From IMG/VR virus record IMGVR_UViG_3300030329_001756, positions 1 through 51,735 of that record: a DNA stretch of 51,735 bases; one strand, 5' to 3'. Within the stretch, counting starts at the first letter, position 1; the number at the start of each line of letters is the position of its first letter. The translations under genes were made by a program, and so were the position numbers. Under the pieces are notes generated by a model that was not told where the DNA came from, did no database searches, and was given only the letters and a program-made list of their open reading frames with translations. This document shows, in pieces, positions 26,869 through 36,966 of the stretch. The DNA is from a virus (taxonomy: Duplodnaviria > Caudoviricetes).

Positions 26869-29800
26869 TTAATTCCTTTGTCCTGCTTTAAAATTTAAAA
26901 TTTGCTGCATATTACTTTTATACAATTTGTTTTGAAATTCATTAAAATAATCTGTAAAAAATTCCCTATCCTCTTGATCAGCTATTCTACCTATTTTTTT
27001 ATTTAGTTTAGAATCTATATCGTTAAAATCTTCCCAATTAACTGAGAAAATTTTATTTTTATCTAAAGAATATTGTTGAAAGAGGCTGCGAGGAAGACCT
27101 CTTATAAGATTATTTATACTTTTATCGGTTTTATTACGATAAACACCATTGAAAAGTTTTACTAAACGCTCATATTTTTCAGGAGTATACCCGTCTGTAC
27201 CGAATAACTCATTTTCTCTGTAAGCTATATTTTTTGTTGCATAATTTATAGCGTGCATAGCTTTCAATACAGTTCCAGATAAACTATATTTATATAACAT
27301 ATACTCTTTAATTTGTTGTTCCGTTAAAGGCTTTTCGTCTGAACTTACTAAACTATTAAAATCTTGAGTATTAAAAGTTATGTTTTGATCTGGGTCTAAC
27401 GGGCTTTGAAAACTTACTATTTTAGCTGTACTATCAAAGTTTGCTTTTGTAGGAATTTGAAGATTTAGATTTTGGTTTTCTATTTCTTCACGCAAAGTCT
27501 TTCCAAAACTATACATAGCATCTCTAACATTAACGTGTAATCCTGTTACTGGACTTAAAGTTTGTGCAGCTATTGATTCACTTTTTGCAAAATGAAGAGA
27601 ATGATACAGTTCTCTTAAATTAGCTCTTACAACACGTTCATTTGGCGACCATAAAGCTCTCATAATAATCTTAAAATCTTGGTCAGAAATTGTTCTACTT
27701 CCTGAACTTCCTCCTTGAAACACACCAGCTAACGTATATGCTAATTTTACTTTTTGAAGCTGTATTTGTGAGTATATTTCTAATTGCCTATCATTCATTA
27801 AATCCTTGTTTGTTTCTTTTTCTATATTATCTTTAGCAGCTTTCATATATGTTTGTAAATATCCTTCCATGTTATCTCTATTTTCTTTAGTAAATTCTAT
27901 ACCTCCAGTATTAAGTATTTTAGATGTTGCTTTATCATCGTCAAGAAAACGAAGTATTTCTTTTGCTTCACCAAAAGCAACATTAAGAGTATTTGCAAAA
28001 CCAGATGTTAATGAAGTCATAGATTTAAAGGTTTGACCTCCTTCTATATAATCTTCATTATACATTACATTATCCATTAATTTATCATTAGACATAAAAA
28101 GAAATATTAAATCTTGTACATTTTTAATACCCTTATCGGCATTTTGTACTGCGGATTGAATGTCTTTATAAGCTTTGCTTTTTACATCAAGAGCATTATA
28201 TCCTTGACGTATTTTACCGGCAACACCATCTTTTTCAGAATGATGATAAACAAAATTACCGGTAACTAAACCTACCGCAAGTTGATTTAATTGTTCTTCA
28301 TTTAATTTATGTTTCTTAGCGTATTTAATTAAATACCTTGCAATATTTTTTTGATCATCTTTTGTAGATCGTATTTCTTCCTGTCCTTCGTAATTATTTG
28401 GGTCTATATTTGATCCCCAATCTTGCATACGCATACGTGTTATAGCGTCTCTTACTTCTTTCGGACTATTCATGCTAAGGTGTCTAACTAAATTTCTTTG
28501 ATTTTTAACACCAAAACGAATAGCCCATTCAGTAGGCCCTACTTGAGGATTAAATACAGGATTATCTTTTCCTTCCTGATCAAAATTAGTAGGAGGAGTG
28601 TTTTTTGCTATTTCTGCTTCTACTTCTGGTTGACTAACTCCTGATTCTAAAGACCCTGAATTATTGGCTATCTTCAAATTTTCTACTTTTTCAGAACCAT
28701 CAGGAAAATCTTTACTTAAATCTACTTTTCCATCTTGTAATAAAGGAGTAACTATGTTTTTTAAATTTTGAAATTGATTAAGAATACGGCGACCATCCAA
28801 AGTATAGCCGTCACTCATTCCTCCAGCAAGTTCAATTTGTTTTTCATTAAAGTGCATATAAGTTTTAACTATATCATTTTTTAAACGAGGGCTTGAATTA
28901 AATGTTTTAATTAATCTTTGATAACTATCTTCTGAAATTCTTTTAGAATCTCCTAATGATCCATCTAACATAGTCATAAATTTAACCATTAACTCTTCGT
29001 CATTTTTTGTAATTTGTGATGAATGTTTACTAAATATAGACCTATCAAAAAATTGTTGAACTTTACCGTCTTTCATTATAGGTAAAACGAAAAGAGACGA
29101 TAAAAGTTCATTATCGGTATTTACAGCGTGCTGACGAAATGCAGGATAAACAGCAGTAAGAGGAATTGTTTTACCTTCGTTTAGAGCTTTTTGATCTCTT
29201 TCAGCTATCTTTTGTTTTCTACGTAAATTATTTACCTTTCTTATATTTGAAAAAGTAAATTGTTTACTTACTTTTCCTGCTCTTAACCAAAAAGGATCAT
29301 TCTCAGGAATCATAGCTATCTTACCAGTTGACATGTTTTCTATAGCATCTTTTACATCAGGATGTCTTAGGTTTGAAGTTTTATATTCACTTTCAATACG
29401 TTTATGTTGTGCTTCTGCTTCTCTAGCACCAACAAGTTTTTTTATTCTTTCGTAATCATAACCTAAGTTATCAAGTGCATCTTGAAATTTTTTATTTTCA
29501 AAATAAGGTGTATCTCCCGGTCTGTAATTAGTTTCATAAAGAGCTTCAGGACCAACTTCTTGATCGTCTAATTCTCCAGTAACTTGAGATTCTTTTTCTC
29601 TAATAGTGTAGGAAGGTTCAGGTAATGAAGTTCGACCTGCTACTACATCGTCAATGTAATCACGATGAGCTTGTCTTTGTTCTTTTCTTTTTTGAATACT
29701 TTTTTCTAAAAAATATTTTTTTCGTGCAAATTCTGTTTGTTTTTTATTTTCTTCATATTGAAGTTTAAAACGCCGTTCCGCTGAAGCAGCTTGAGCTTTT

Positions 29801-29895
29801 TTAAAAGCTAACTCTTGCTCTCTAGCCTCTTGTCTTTCAAGTCTATCTAAACCTTGCTTAACACCTTCAGCAAGTCCTGCCATAAATCCAGCCAT
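26869..29895 (-). CDS. putative internal virion protein
   Basis: 1008 aa; MAGFMAGLAEG start followed by coiled coil. Confidence 0.6.
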   Translation of the reverse strand: MAGFMAGLAEGVKQGLDRLERQEAREQELAFKKAQAASAERRFKLQYEENKKQTEFARKKYFLEKSIQKRKEQRQAHRDYIDDVVAGRTSLPEPSYTIREKESQVTGELDDQEVGPEALYETNYRPGDTPYFENKKFQDALDNLGYDYERIKKLVGAREAEAQHKRIESEYKTSNLRHPDVKDAIENMSTGKIAMIPENDPFWLRAGKVSKQFTFSNIRKVNNLRRKQKIAERDQKALNEGKTIPLTAVYPAFRQHAVNTDNELLSSLFVLPIMKDGKVQQFFDRSIFSKHSSQITKNDEELMVKFMTMLDGSLGDSKRISEDSYQRLIKTFNSSPRLKNDIVKTYMHFNEKQIELAGGMSDGYTLDGRRILNQFQNLKNIVTPLLQDGKVDLSKDFPDGSEKVENLKIANNSGSLESGVSQPEVEAEIAKNTPPTNFDQEGKDNPVFNPQVGPTEWAIRFGVKNQRNLVRHLSMNSPKEVRDAITRMRMQDWGSNIDPNNYEGQEEIRSTKDDQKNIARYLIKYAKKHKLNEEQLNQLAVGLVTGNFVYHHSEKDGVAGKIRQGYNALDVKSKAYKDIQSAVQNADKGIKNVQDLIFLFMSNDKLMDNVMYNEDYIEGGQTFKSMTSLTSGFANTLNVAFGEAKEILRFLDDDKATSKILNTGGIEFTKENRDNMEGYLQTYMKAAKDNIEKETNKDLMNDRQLEIYSQIQLQKVKLAYTLAGVFQGGSSGSRTISDQDFKIIMRALWSPNERVVRANLRELYHSLHFAKSESIAAQTLSPVTGLHVNVRDAMYSFGKTLREEIENQNLNLQIPTKANFDSTAKIVSFQSPLDPDQNITFNTQDFNSLVSSDEKPLTEQQIKEYMLYKYSLSGTVLKAMHAINYATKNIAYRENELFGTDGYTPEKYERLVKLFNGVYRNKTDKSINNLIRGLPRSLFQQYSLDKNKIFSVNWEDFNDIDSKLNKKIGRIADQEDREFFTDYFNEFQNKLYKSNMQQILNFKAGQRN

Positions 29896-30432
29896 TTATA
29901 TTACTCCTTTTTCGGGTAAAGGCATAAAACCTTCAACTGCGTCTTCTTCTTTTATGTTTTTTAAAGAATCTTGTATTTTTCTATCTATTGCATCTGTCTC
30001 AGGATCAGTATACATATTTTTAGGTGCTAGTTTTTCTTGAATAGAAATCATTTCTTCATCATCAGGTTCTTCAAGTTCTAACATTTCATTAAAGATTTTA
30101 ATATTAGATACTTTAGGACTGACTATTTCAAATATTTTTAAAGCTACAGGAACATCTAACAGCATAGCTAAATCAGGATTAAAAGCTCCTTCATTAACTC
30201 CTTGTTTTGTTAAAATTTGAGCAATAGATTGTATAGAAACTCCAGAACTAACTGCTTTAACAAGATTTCTTTTTACTCTTTTTTTGTTTAAACCTTCAGC
30301 TATAGTATTAAACGCTTCTTTTAAATCTACAGTAGCTGGAGGTTTATCCATTGGTAATGAACCCGGTTCAAGCGCCCAACTTGATCCCGGTATAGATTCT
30401 GTCAGTAAATCAGTATCAAATTTTTCAATCAT
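29896..30432 (-). CDS. conserved virion-module protein
   Basis: IPGSSWALEPG..P.DKPP and FNPDLAMLL, typical of marine podoviruses. Confidence 0.6.
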   Translation of the reverse strand: MIEKFDTDLLTESIPGSSWALEPGSLPMDKPPATVDLKEAFNTIAEGLNKKRVKRNLVKAVSSGVSIQSIAQILTKQGVNEGAFNPDLAMLLDVPVALKIFEIVSPKVSNIKIFNEMLELEEPDDEEMISIQEKLAPKNMYTDPETDAIDRKIQDSLKNIKEEDAVEGFMPLPEKGVI

Positions 30433-30449
30433 ATCGCCACTTTCCTTTT

Positions 30450-30938
30450 TTATGTATATTCACTTAAAGCTTGAAAGAATTTTAAAGGGTCTTCTTGTTC
30501 TTTTTTAAATCTATCTTCAAAATAACGATGATCAAAATTTTCATAATCTTCAGCAGCTAAGTCACCAGAACCTTCATCAATGGTTTCGTTAAATTCTTTA
30601 AAGCTTTCTATATAATCATCTTGAATAGCCTGCATAACTGCTGGACTTACTTGACCTTTAATACTTTTAGCAACTTGACTCCAATTAGTTTCTCCTAAAA
30701 TATCTTGAAGCTCTTCGTACACATCACCTTCAGCATCAACTTCTTCTGCTAAAGTTTCTTGCGGTCTTTCAATAAAAGGTGTTCCTGCTTCTTCTGTGAG
30801 AGCATCGCGCCGTCGTCCTGATCTATCTATAGCACGATCAATAGCGGTAAATTCTCTTCCTTGACCGGATTCTTGACCTTTTTTGTTCATAGAACTCATA
30901 ATCGCGCTTGCTGCAATAGTCGCTATGGTTGCCCACAT
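30450..30938 (-). CDS. putative small ejection/pilot protein
   Basis: MWATIATIAASAIMSS hydrophobic N-terminus. Confidence 0.55.
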   Translation of the reverse strand: MWATIATIAASAIMSSMNKKGQESGQGREFTAIDRAIDRSGRRRDALTEEAGTPFIERPQETLAEEVDAEGDVYEELQDILGETNWSQVAKSIKGQVSPAVMQAIQDDYIESFKEFNETIDEGSGDLAAEDYENFDHRYFEDRFKKEQEDPLKFFQALSEYT

Positions 30939-30976
30939 AATGTATTCCTTCTATTAGTTAAGTTAATTAACATTAC

Positions 30977-33313
30977 CTAATCCTTACCTAGATTTTTCAA
31001 CACACTACCTAAAACTGTAGTAGCAATGCTTCCTAATAATGATCCTGTAGCTCTCTTATCAGCAGCACTTAATTGAATGTCTACCAATTCTTTTTCAAAC
31101 TGTTGATTAAGAACAGTTAAAGCTGTTTGTTGCGCTCTAGCTTTTGCATTCTCTGTAGCTGTAAAAGCTTGTGCAGCATCATCTCTAAATTTTTGCCACA
31201 TTTCTTCTTGAGCCTTAACAGTTATGCCTAATAAGGTAGCTGCATTTTGTTGATTAGCTTTATTTTTCTCTGCTGTATTAGCAGTATTAATAGTTCTTCT
31301 CCACGTAGCATTAGACTGCTCAATTTGTAAAGCTAAATTAGCGTTAAATTTTTCTCTTGAATCTCTCATTTTAGAGTTATATTGAGCTACAGCTAAATCT
31401 TGATTTGAATTAAACTGTTGATTAGCAGTATCTCTAGCTTTATTTTCTAAGTCTACTGAAGTAGATAGTTGATCATAAAATTGATTCACTTGATTTTCAG
31501 AAGTAGCGTTAAATTGCTTTCTAGCGTTTTCAGCAGCTTGATCAGTGAATAAAGATTGCACTTGACTTTGATGATTTAATGTGTTCATAGCCTGTTCGTT
31601 TTCAACATTTGTTAGATTCATCTGTAAAAACGATTGAGCATTTTGTTGTGCAGCTTTCATTCTGTTGTCAAGATTTTGACGATCCATAGCAGCGATAGTA
31701 GCAGCGTTAGCTAAAGCAGTTTGTTGTTCGTTGTTAAGATTTTGAATTTGAAGCGTTGCAGCTTTTTGAGCAACATCAGCAGCAATAGGTATAGCTGATT
31801 CCATAAGACCTTGTGCTACTGCCGCAGCAGCCATACTGGAAGCACCTAAACCTCTTTGGTTCATAAGTTCGTTTACTTTACGAACTGTAGGTGACGCCCA
31901 CGGTGGGAATTTGCCTGTTTCAATACCTTCAGTTAACTTTTCAATCTGATAAGCTGTAGAAGCTTCTTGAGCTAGTTCTTGTGTTTTAGCTTCAGCAAGA
32001 CTGCCTCTTTCAAACATTTCTGTTCTTGTACGTTCGTCTACGACCTGATTAGGATCAATGACATCCTTAGAAGTAATATTTCCTTGTACAGCTTCAGCAG
32101 TAGGAAGGCTTGAATACGTTCTTTCTATATTATCAACAACAGAAGCCTCAGACGTATCAGCTACAGCATCAGTATACGTAGTGGCAGTAGGATCACCAAT
32201 ATCTACTGTTGATGGTTTTCTTGATCCGTCATTAGGATCAACTGGTTTTCGCGTCAAAAGTCCTTTATTACCGACATCAACATCAGGATAAACTGGTGGG
32301 TACTTAATCGGTTGAAATCTCTTACCTGTTGATAGTGCGCCGGGACCCCTTAAAAGTTCATTAGTTTGAACTTTTTGATCTTCAGGCGTATACAGCATCT
32401 CAATACCGCTGGTATCAATTCCTGTAACATTGCCATCTTCATCTACAATAGGTTTACCAGCTTTACCTGTTTGTGTAATAATATTAGGAATACCAACAGC
32501 TTGAGTACCCTTAATATCAATAATTGGTTTATTAATTACATTAGGGTCATTAGTTTTTGGCTGAATAACTCTAGGGTCTTTTGGTTCAGTATCTACTTCA
32601 TTTATATTAGATGTGTCTGACACGTTTTGATTCCCTGTATTAGTTGGTGGTTTATATTTTGTAACAGATTCTTTTGGTCCTGAAATACCTTTATAGGCAG
32701 GATTTTTTACTTGTCGTGTTTTTTTGACGGTAGTATGTTTACGCCCTTCTTTTTTACCGTGTCTTTGATAATGCAGATGAGGACGTGATCCAAAGTACCA
32801 ATCATTAGCTATGTCTGGATTTTGTCTAAGGTACTCAGCCGCATCAAATTCTCCGGTATCGTATTCTTCTTCAATAAACTCTGGTTCAGACGGTTCTACT
32901 GGCTTTTGAGGTTCAGGTTGCGGTTCAGGTTCAGTAGGATATTCGTATTGACCTGAGTACACTTGAGATACAGAACTTTTAGGATCAATAAGAGTGGGTT
33001 GAGTTTTAGATTCAGAAGGTTTACCGTCTTGACTTGAATTTAAGTTATACTGCTCAATTTGTGAAACTAAATCAGTGTTAATTTTTCCTGATCCTTGTTC
33101 CATTTGTTTTGTTAGATTAGCATTAAAATCTGATCTACGTTTATCCCAAGACTGCCAAGCAGGATTAGATACTTGTTCTGTTCTTTGTTTAGTGACCATT
33201 TCTTGATCACCGCCCGCCGTTTGTTCCTGTTCTTGATATGAAACTTGCTTATTAATAGTTTTAGGAGGTTCTGGCTCCGTAAACATAGTAGTTCCAAAAA
33301 GAGGTGTACTCAT
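30977..33313 (-). CDS. putative internal virion protein
   Basis: PPWAS..RGLGASSMAAAA..MESAIPIA; Asn/Gln/Ala-rich helical C-half. Confidence 0.65.
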   Translation of the reverse strand: MSTPLFGTTMFTEPEPPKTINKQVSYQEQEQTAGGDQEMVTKQRTEQVSNPAWQSWDKRRSDFNANLTKQMEQGSGKINTDLVSQIEQYNLNSSQDGKPSESKTQPTLIDPKSSVSQVYSGQYEYPTEPEPQPEPQKPVEPSEPEFIEEEYDTGEFDAAEYLRQNPDIANDWYFGSRPHLHYQRHGKKEGRKHTTVKKTRQVKNPAYKGISGPKESVTKYKPPTNTGNQNVSDTSNINEVDTEPKDPRVIQPKTNDPNVINKPIIDIKGTQAVGIPNIITQTGKAGKPIVDEDGNVTGIDTSGIEMLYTPEDQKVQTNELLRGPGALSTGKRFQPIKYPPVYPDVDVGNKGLLTRKPVDPNDGSRKPSTVDIGDPTATTYTDAVADTSEASVVDNIERTYSSLPTAEAVQGNITSKDVIDPNQVVDERTRTEMFERGSLAEAKTQELAQEASTAYQIEKLTEGIETGKFPPWASPTVRKVNELMNQRGLGASSMAAAAVAQGLMESAIPIAADVAQKAATLQIQNLNNEQQTALANAATIAAMDRQNLDNRMKAAQQNAQSFLQMNLTNVENEQAMNTLNHQSQVQSLFTDQAAENARKQFNATSENQVNQFYDQLSTSVDLENKARDTANQQFNSNQDLAVAQYNSKMRDSREKFNANLALQIEQSNATWRRTINTANTAEKNKANQQNAATLLGITVKAQEEMWQKFRDDAAQAFTATENAKARAQQTALTVLNQQFEKELVDIQLSAADKRATGSLLGSIATTVLGSVLKNLGKD

Positions 33314-33316
33314 AAT

Positions 33317-33481
33317 TTATCTCTTATTTAAAAGCTTCTGAACAGTATCTGTTTCGTATATTCTAATTCCAAACCAAATTAGAGTAATCACAGAAACTAA
33401 AGGAGGAAGCCAACCAGCTAAAAGAGCAACCGTCGATCCAACCCCTACAACGTCACCAACAGTCTTTACTTCTTCTAACAT
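33317..33481 (-). CDS. small holin-like membrane protein (54 aa)
   Basis: Hand translation ...ALLAGWLPPLVSVITLIWFGIRIYETDTVQ; SD GAGG. Confidence 0.65.
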   Translation of the reverse strand: MLEEVKTVGDVVGVGSTVALLAGWLPPLVSVITLIWFGIRIYETDTVQKLLNKR

Positions 33482-33501
33482 ACTTCCTCTTTTTTTTTAT
33501 T

Positions 33502-33747
33502 TTACGATGCTAACTTTTCAGACACAATCTCTTCTTCATTATTCTCTTCCAAACTTTTAAGAAGAGCAGAAGTGAAAGATTGTAAAGCAACTTGAGTTTG
33601 ATCAAGCTTAAATTTTTCAATTTCAAATCTAGCTTGCAAATCTCTGATCTGAGCAATTACATATTTCTGTTCGTTATTAAACGAATCAGTGTCGTACTGA
33701 GTACCGTTAATATTAATGATGTTATCTTTGTTTACGTCTTTAACCAT
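33502..33747 (-). CDS. tail-associated small coiled-coil protein
   Basis: ININGTQY..FNNEQKYVIAQIRDLQ. Confidence 0.6.
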   Translation of the reverse strand: MVKDVNKDNIININGTQYDTDSFNNEQKYVIAQIRDLQARFEIEKFKLDQTQVALQSFTSALLKSLEENNEEEIVSEKLAS

Positions 33748-33771
33748 CGTATGTTTCTCCTTTTAATTTTA

Positions 33772-34101
33772 TTAAGACCACGGTAGGTTAGGCTGAATTA
33801 TAGGAGGATTAATTTGATTGTCAATATCTTTTTGGATGTTAACTTCAGTTTCATCCTTATCTACCTCTTGCCAGACCCAACCAAGAACTTGATCTTTAGT
33901 TAAATCTGTAAAGGGTATGAAAGGGTCGCCCTCTTCATATGTTACACCAACCGCACCATACTGAGTTGAGAAATAAGTTTTACTATCATTCTCTTCAGAC
34001 CCATTACAGCGCCAATGTACCGTCATAACAACATCAGTCTTACTATCTTTTGTAGGGTAACAATCTAATGCTTCTACTAGCCATTTAATTGTAGCAGCCA
34101 T
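33772..34101 (-). CDS. tail-fiber-associated protein
   Basis: DVVMTVHWRC..FIPFTDLTKDQVLGWV..LPW. Confidence 0.65.
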   Translation of the reverse strand: MAATIKWLVEALDCYPTKDSKTDVVMTVHWRCNGSEENDSKTYFSTQYGAVGVTYEEGDPFIPFTDLTKDQVLGWVWQEVDKDETEVNIQKDIDNQINPPIIQPNLPWS

Positions 34102-34137
34102 AATTTAATTCCTTTTCATTAGTATGTCGTTATTTAA

Positions 34138-34365
34138 CTATATCCGTTGCGCGGCAGCAGCGGCATCGCGCTGCGCTCTATTTAAATAATCGCTACTGTC
34201 TTTAGCCTCGTCGTAGGCAGCCGCCCAGCGAGATACTTTCGCTTCAAGCCGCGCTGCCGCCTCAATTTCGGTCGCGCATGAGGCGAGATTATGCACGCAC
34301 CATGCGTCAGGATCGACCACTATATGCTCTAGAACATCACGTTGTCTTTGTGTCAAGTTTATCAT
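34138..34365 (-). CDS. hypothetical protein (tail-tip chaperone candidate)
   Basis: GC-rich; ATG (MINLTQ) overlaps the fiber stop codon. Confidence 0.55.
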   Translation of the reverse strand: MINLTQRQRDVLEHIVVDPDAWCVHNLASCATEIEAAARLEAKVSRWAAAYDEAKDSSDYLNRAQRDAAAAAQRI

Positions 34366-36962
34366 GCTACTAGCTCCCCGCTGAACCAACTCACCAATCC
34401 GCCAACACCGTAAACACCCTCATCATCGCTGGCGCTTCCCGTCGCCTCAACTTCGATGTAGGCTGTGTCCGAAGCATCCATATCGCACAACACGCTGTTT
34501 CCAGCGGTCATTCCGGCAGCACCGCCAGCCCCGGTGCCCAATACGGAGAGATCGAAGGTTCGGTTCGATGTGACCAAAAATACGTTGAATCGGGTCGCGC
34601 CGCCATCATTAGCCCATCGAACTGAGGCAGAAAAACGATACCGGCCTGTTACCGGCGCGGTGAATATGCCACTGCTGTTATTGTAATCTGCGTTCTGATC
34701 GAAAATTTCCGAATTAAATACAATGGTTACGTTTGTACCGTTGCCTGTGATGCTAAGTTGGTTTGTGGTCAGTTCAGCCAAAAATGCGGGCTGGCTGGGC
34801 ATTGTAATCTCGCCAGCGGAACTGATCGACATGCGCTCTGCCGCAGCAACACCGGCACCACTGTTGGTGTAAAACCTGAGTTTAGTGCTGCCACCGCCGC
34901 TGTACGACATCAAATTGACGTTACCACCGCTATCTGGCTGGATATAAAATCCGTATTGACCGCCGGGAGTCGTATCCACACCAGCACCAGTGCTTCGCAC
35001 AAGAACTTGACCGTTAACGTCAAATTTTGCGTCAGAGTCTGGCGAACTGGTGCCAATCCCAACATTGCCCGACGAATCTATGCGGAGTCTTTCAGAGGCA
35101 TTAGTAACAAATCGCATAGAGTTGCCGCCGTGATCGTAATTGATTCCGGCTACATCGTTATCATCAGGATCACCAAAAACGATGCTTGCCAGTTGATCAT
35201 TCGGAGTTAGAATAGAAAGACCGGCAAATCCACTATTTTCGATAATTAATTCATCTGCGTTTGCATTGGCCGTGACAGACCCAGCAGATGCGTTGTGAAT
35301 ATGTACTTTGCCGTCTGGGGCTGTTGTGCCAACCCCTAACGTAGCCGCTCCACCTAAGATTAAATCATCCGTCGAGGCATCCCAGAGCATGTATGCACTA
35401 GCCGTATCTCCAAAGAATTTAACGTCGTAGCCAGTATCATCTACACCAACAGTAACTGTATTATCGATTTGAACAGCACCATCTATATCAACGGCATCTA
35501 GATTAGTTGTGCCATCAATATCTGCATTACCTGATATATCTAGTGTTGTAGCATCTAATTCACCAGCTACAGTTAGAACACCGCTTGTAAGAGTTAGAAG
35601 ATCAGTATCAGAAGTATGACCTATAGTTGTTCCATTAATGATAACATTATCAACCGTAAGAGTTGTGAGTGTTCCAAGAGAAGTAACATTGCCTTGAGCC
35701 GCTGTAGCAAGTGTACCAGCAATTGTACCGCCTGAAACATTGATACCAGCACTAAATACTGGTATCTGATTCATTGTCACAACACCGCCACTAGAGATAG
35801 CTATTGCATCTGTGTCAGAAGCAGAACCAATATTACCAGCATCAGGAATAACAATGTTACCGCCAGTAGTCATCAAACCACCACCAGTGTAAGTTCCGCT
35901 TACATCTAGGTTGGCATTAACATCTACCAAAGTTGCGTTCAGTTCGATTTCATCTGTAGCATTAATGTCTAAAATAGTTGCGGAAGGAGCATTAATATAT
36001 TGAGAAGCGTCATTAAACTGAAGTGCCATTGTACTATTTAGAAGTAACCCAGTATCAGCAACGTGAGTTAAGGTAACATCACCATCGTCACCAAAATGAA
36101 TTACTGCTGCATCACTATCAAGATATAAATCATCTCCAAGTGTTAAATCTGAACTGAATACTGGCGTTTGACTAAAAGTAACAACACCACCAGATGAGAT
36201 GGCTATGGCATCCGTATCAGAAGCAGAACCAATATTACCACCATCAGGAATAACAATGTTACCTCCAGTAGTCATCAAACCACCGCCAGTATAGGTGCCA
36301 CTTACATCAAGGTTAGCGTTTACATCCATTAAAGTAGCATTTACTTCAACTTCATCTGTAGCGTTTATATCCAGAACAGTAGCAGAAGGAGCGTTGATAT
36401 ATTGAGAAGCATCGTTAAACTGAATAGCCATTGTGCTGTTTAACAGTAATCCAGTATCAGCAACGTGGGTTAGTGTTACATCATTATCTGCACCAAATCC
36501 TAATACAGCGGCATCGCTGTTAAGTTTTAAATCATTACTTACAAGAACTGCTGTAGATGCGTTAAGATCAATAGTAGCTTCACCATCGATAGTAAGAACA
36601 CCATCTGAACTTTGATGAATAAACGAAGCAGTATCTCCAAACATAATCTTTTCTGTAGAATTAATAAGAATATCGTCGGAGAATTTAAAATAGTCTTCAT
36701 CTTCCATCCAGTAAAGAACACCATCGTTTGATTCGCCATCAAACGTAATGGTAATATCTGTTCCAGAAGTACCAGCACCAAACGTAAGAGTATTACTTAA
36801 AAGTTTAGCAATTGCTCCACCTTCACCGGCAGTACCATCATGTGAGTGTCCACTTGTTCCAAACGCTGCTAAAATAGCATCAAATTCATCATTTGAATCA
36901 TCAGCATTAATAGTATCGCCTTGTGTGTAACTACTTTGTCTAGCTGAATAAGCTGTACCCAT
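34362..36962 (-). CDS. tail fiber with internal duplication and C-terminal C1q-like domain
   Basis: N-terminal EFDAI..AF..GHSHDG, GNVGIGT repeats, PAF...FTAPVTGRYRF...WFSGEL. Confidence 0.85.
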   Translation of the reverse strand: MGTAYSARQSSYTQGDTINADDSNDEFDAILAAFGTSGHSHDGTAGEGGAIAKLLSNTLTFGAGTSGTDITITFDGESNDGVLYWMEDEDYFKFSDDILINSTEKIMFGDTASFIHQSSDGVLTIDGEATIDLNASTAVLVSNDLKLNSDAAVLGFGADNDVTLTHVADTGLLLNSTMAIQFNDASQYINAPSATVLDINATDEVEVNATLMDVNANLDVSGTYTGGGLMTTGGNIVIPDGGNIGSASDTDAIAISSGGVVTFSQTPVFSSDLTLGDDLYLDSDAAVIHFGDDGDVTLTHVADTGLLLNSTMALQFNDASQYINAPSATILDINATDEIELNATLVDVNANLDVSGTYTGGGLMTTGGNIVIPDAGNIGSASDTDAIAISSGGVVTMNQIPVFSAGINVSGGTIAGTLATAAQGNVTSLGTLTTLTVDNVIINGTTIGHTSDTDLLTLTSGVLTVAGELDATTLDISGNADIDGTTNLDAVDIDGAVQIDNTVTVGVDDTGYDVKFFGDTASAYMLWDASTDDLILGGAATLGVGTTAPDGKVHIHNASAGSVTANANADELIIENSGFAGLSILTPNDQLASIVFGDPDDNDVAGINYDHGGNSMRFVTNASERLRIDSSGNVGIGTSSPDSDAKFDVNGQVLVRSTGAGVDTTPGGQYGFYIQPDSGGNVNLMSYSGGGSTKLRFYTNSGAGVAAAERMSISSAGEITMPSQPAFLAELTTNQLSITGNGTNVTIVFNSEIFDQNADYNNSSGIFTAPVTGRYRFSASVRWANDGGATRFNVFLVTSNRTFDLSVLGTGAGGAAGMTAGNSVLCDMDASDTAYIEVEATGSASDDEGVYGVGGLVSWFSGELVA

Positions 36963-36966
36963 TTTT

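Noticed and set aside
34362-36962. Diversity-generating retroelement
   Set aside because: No reverse transcriptase; repeat differences are synonymous, not adenine-specific
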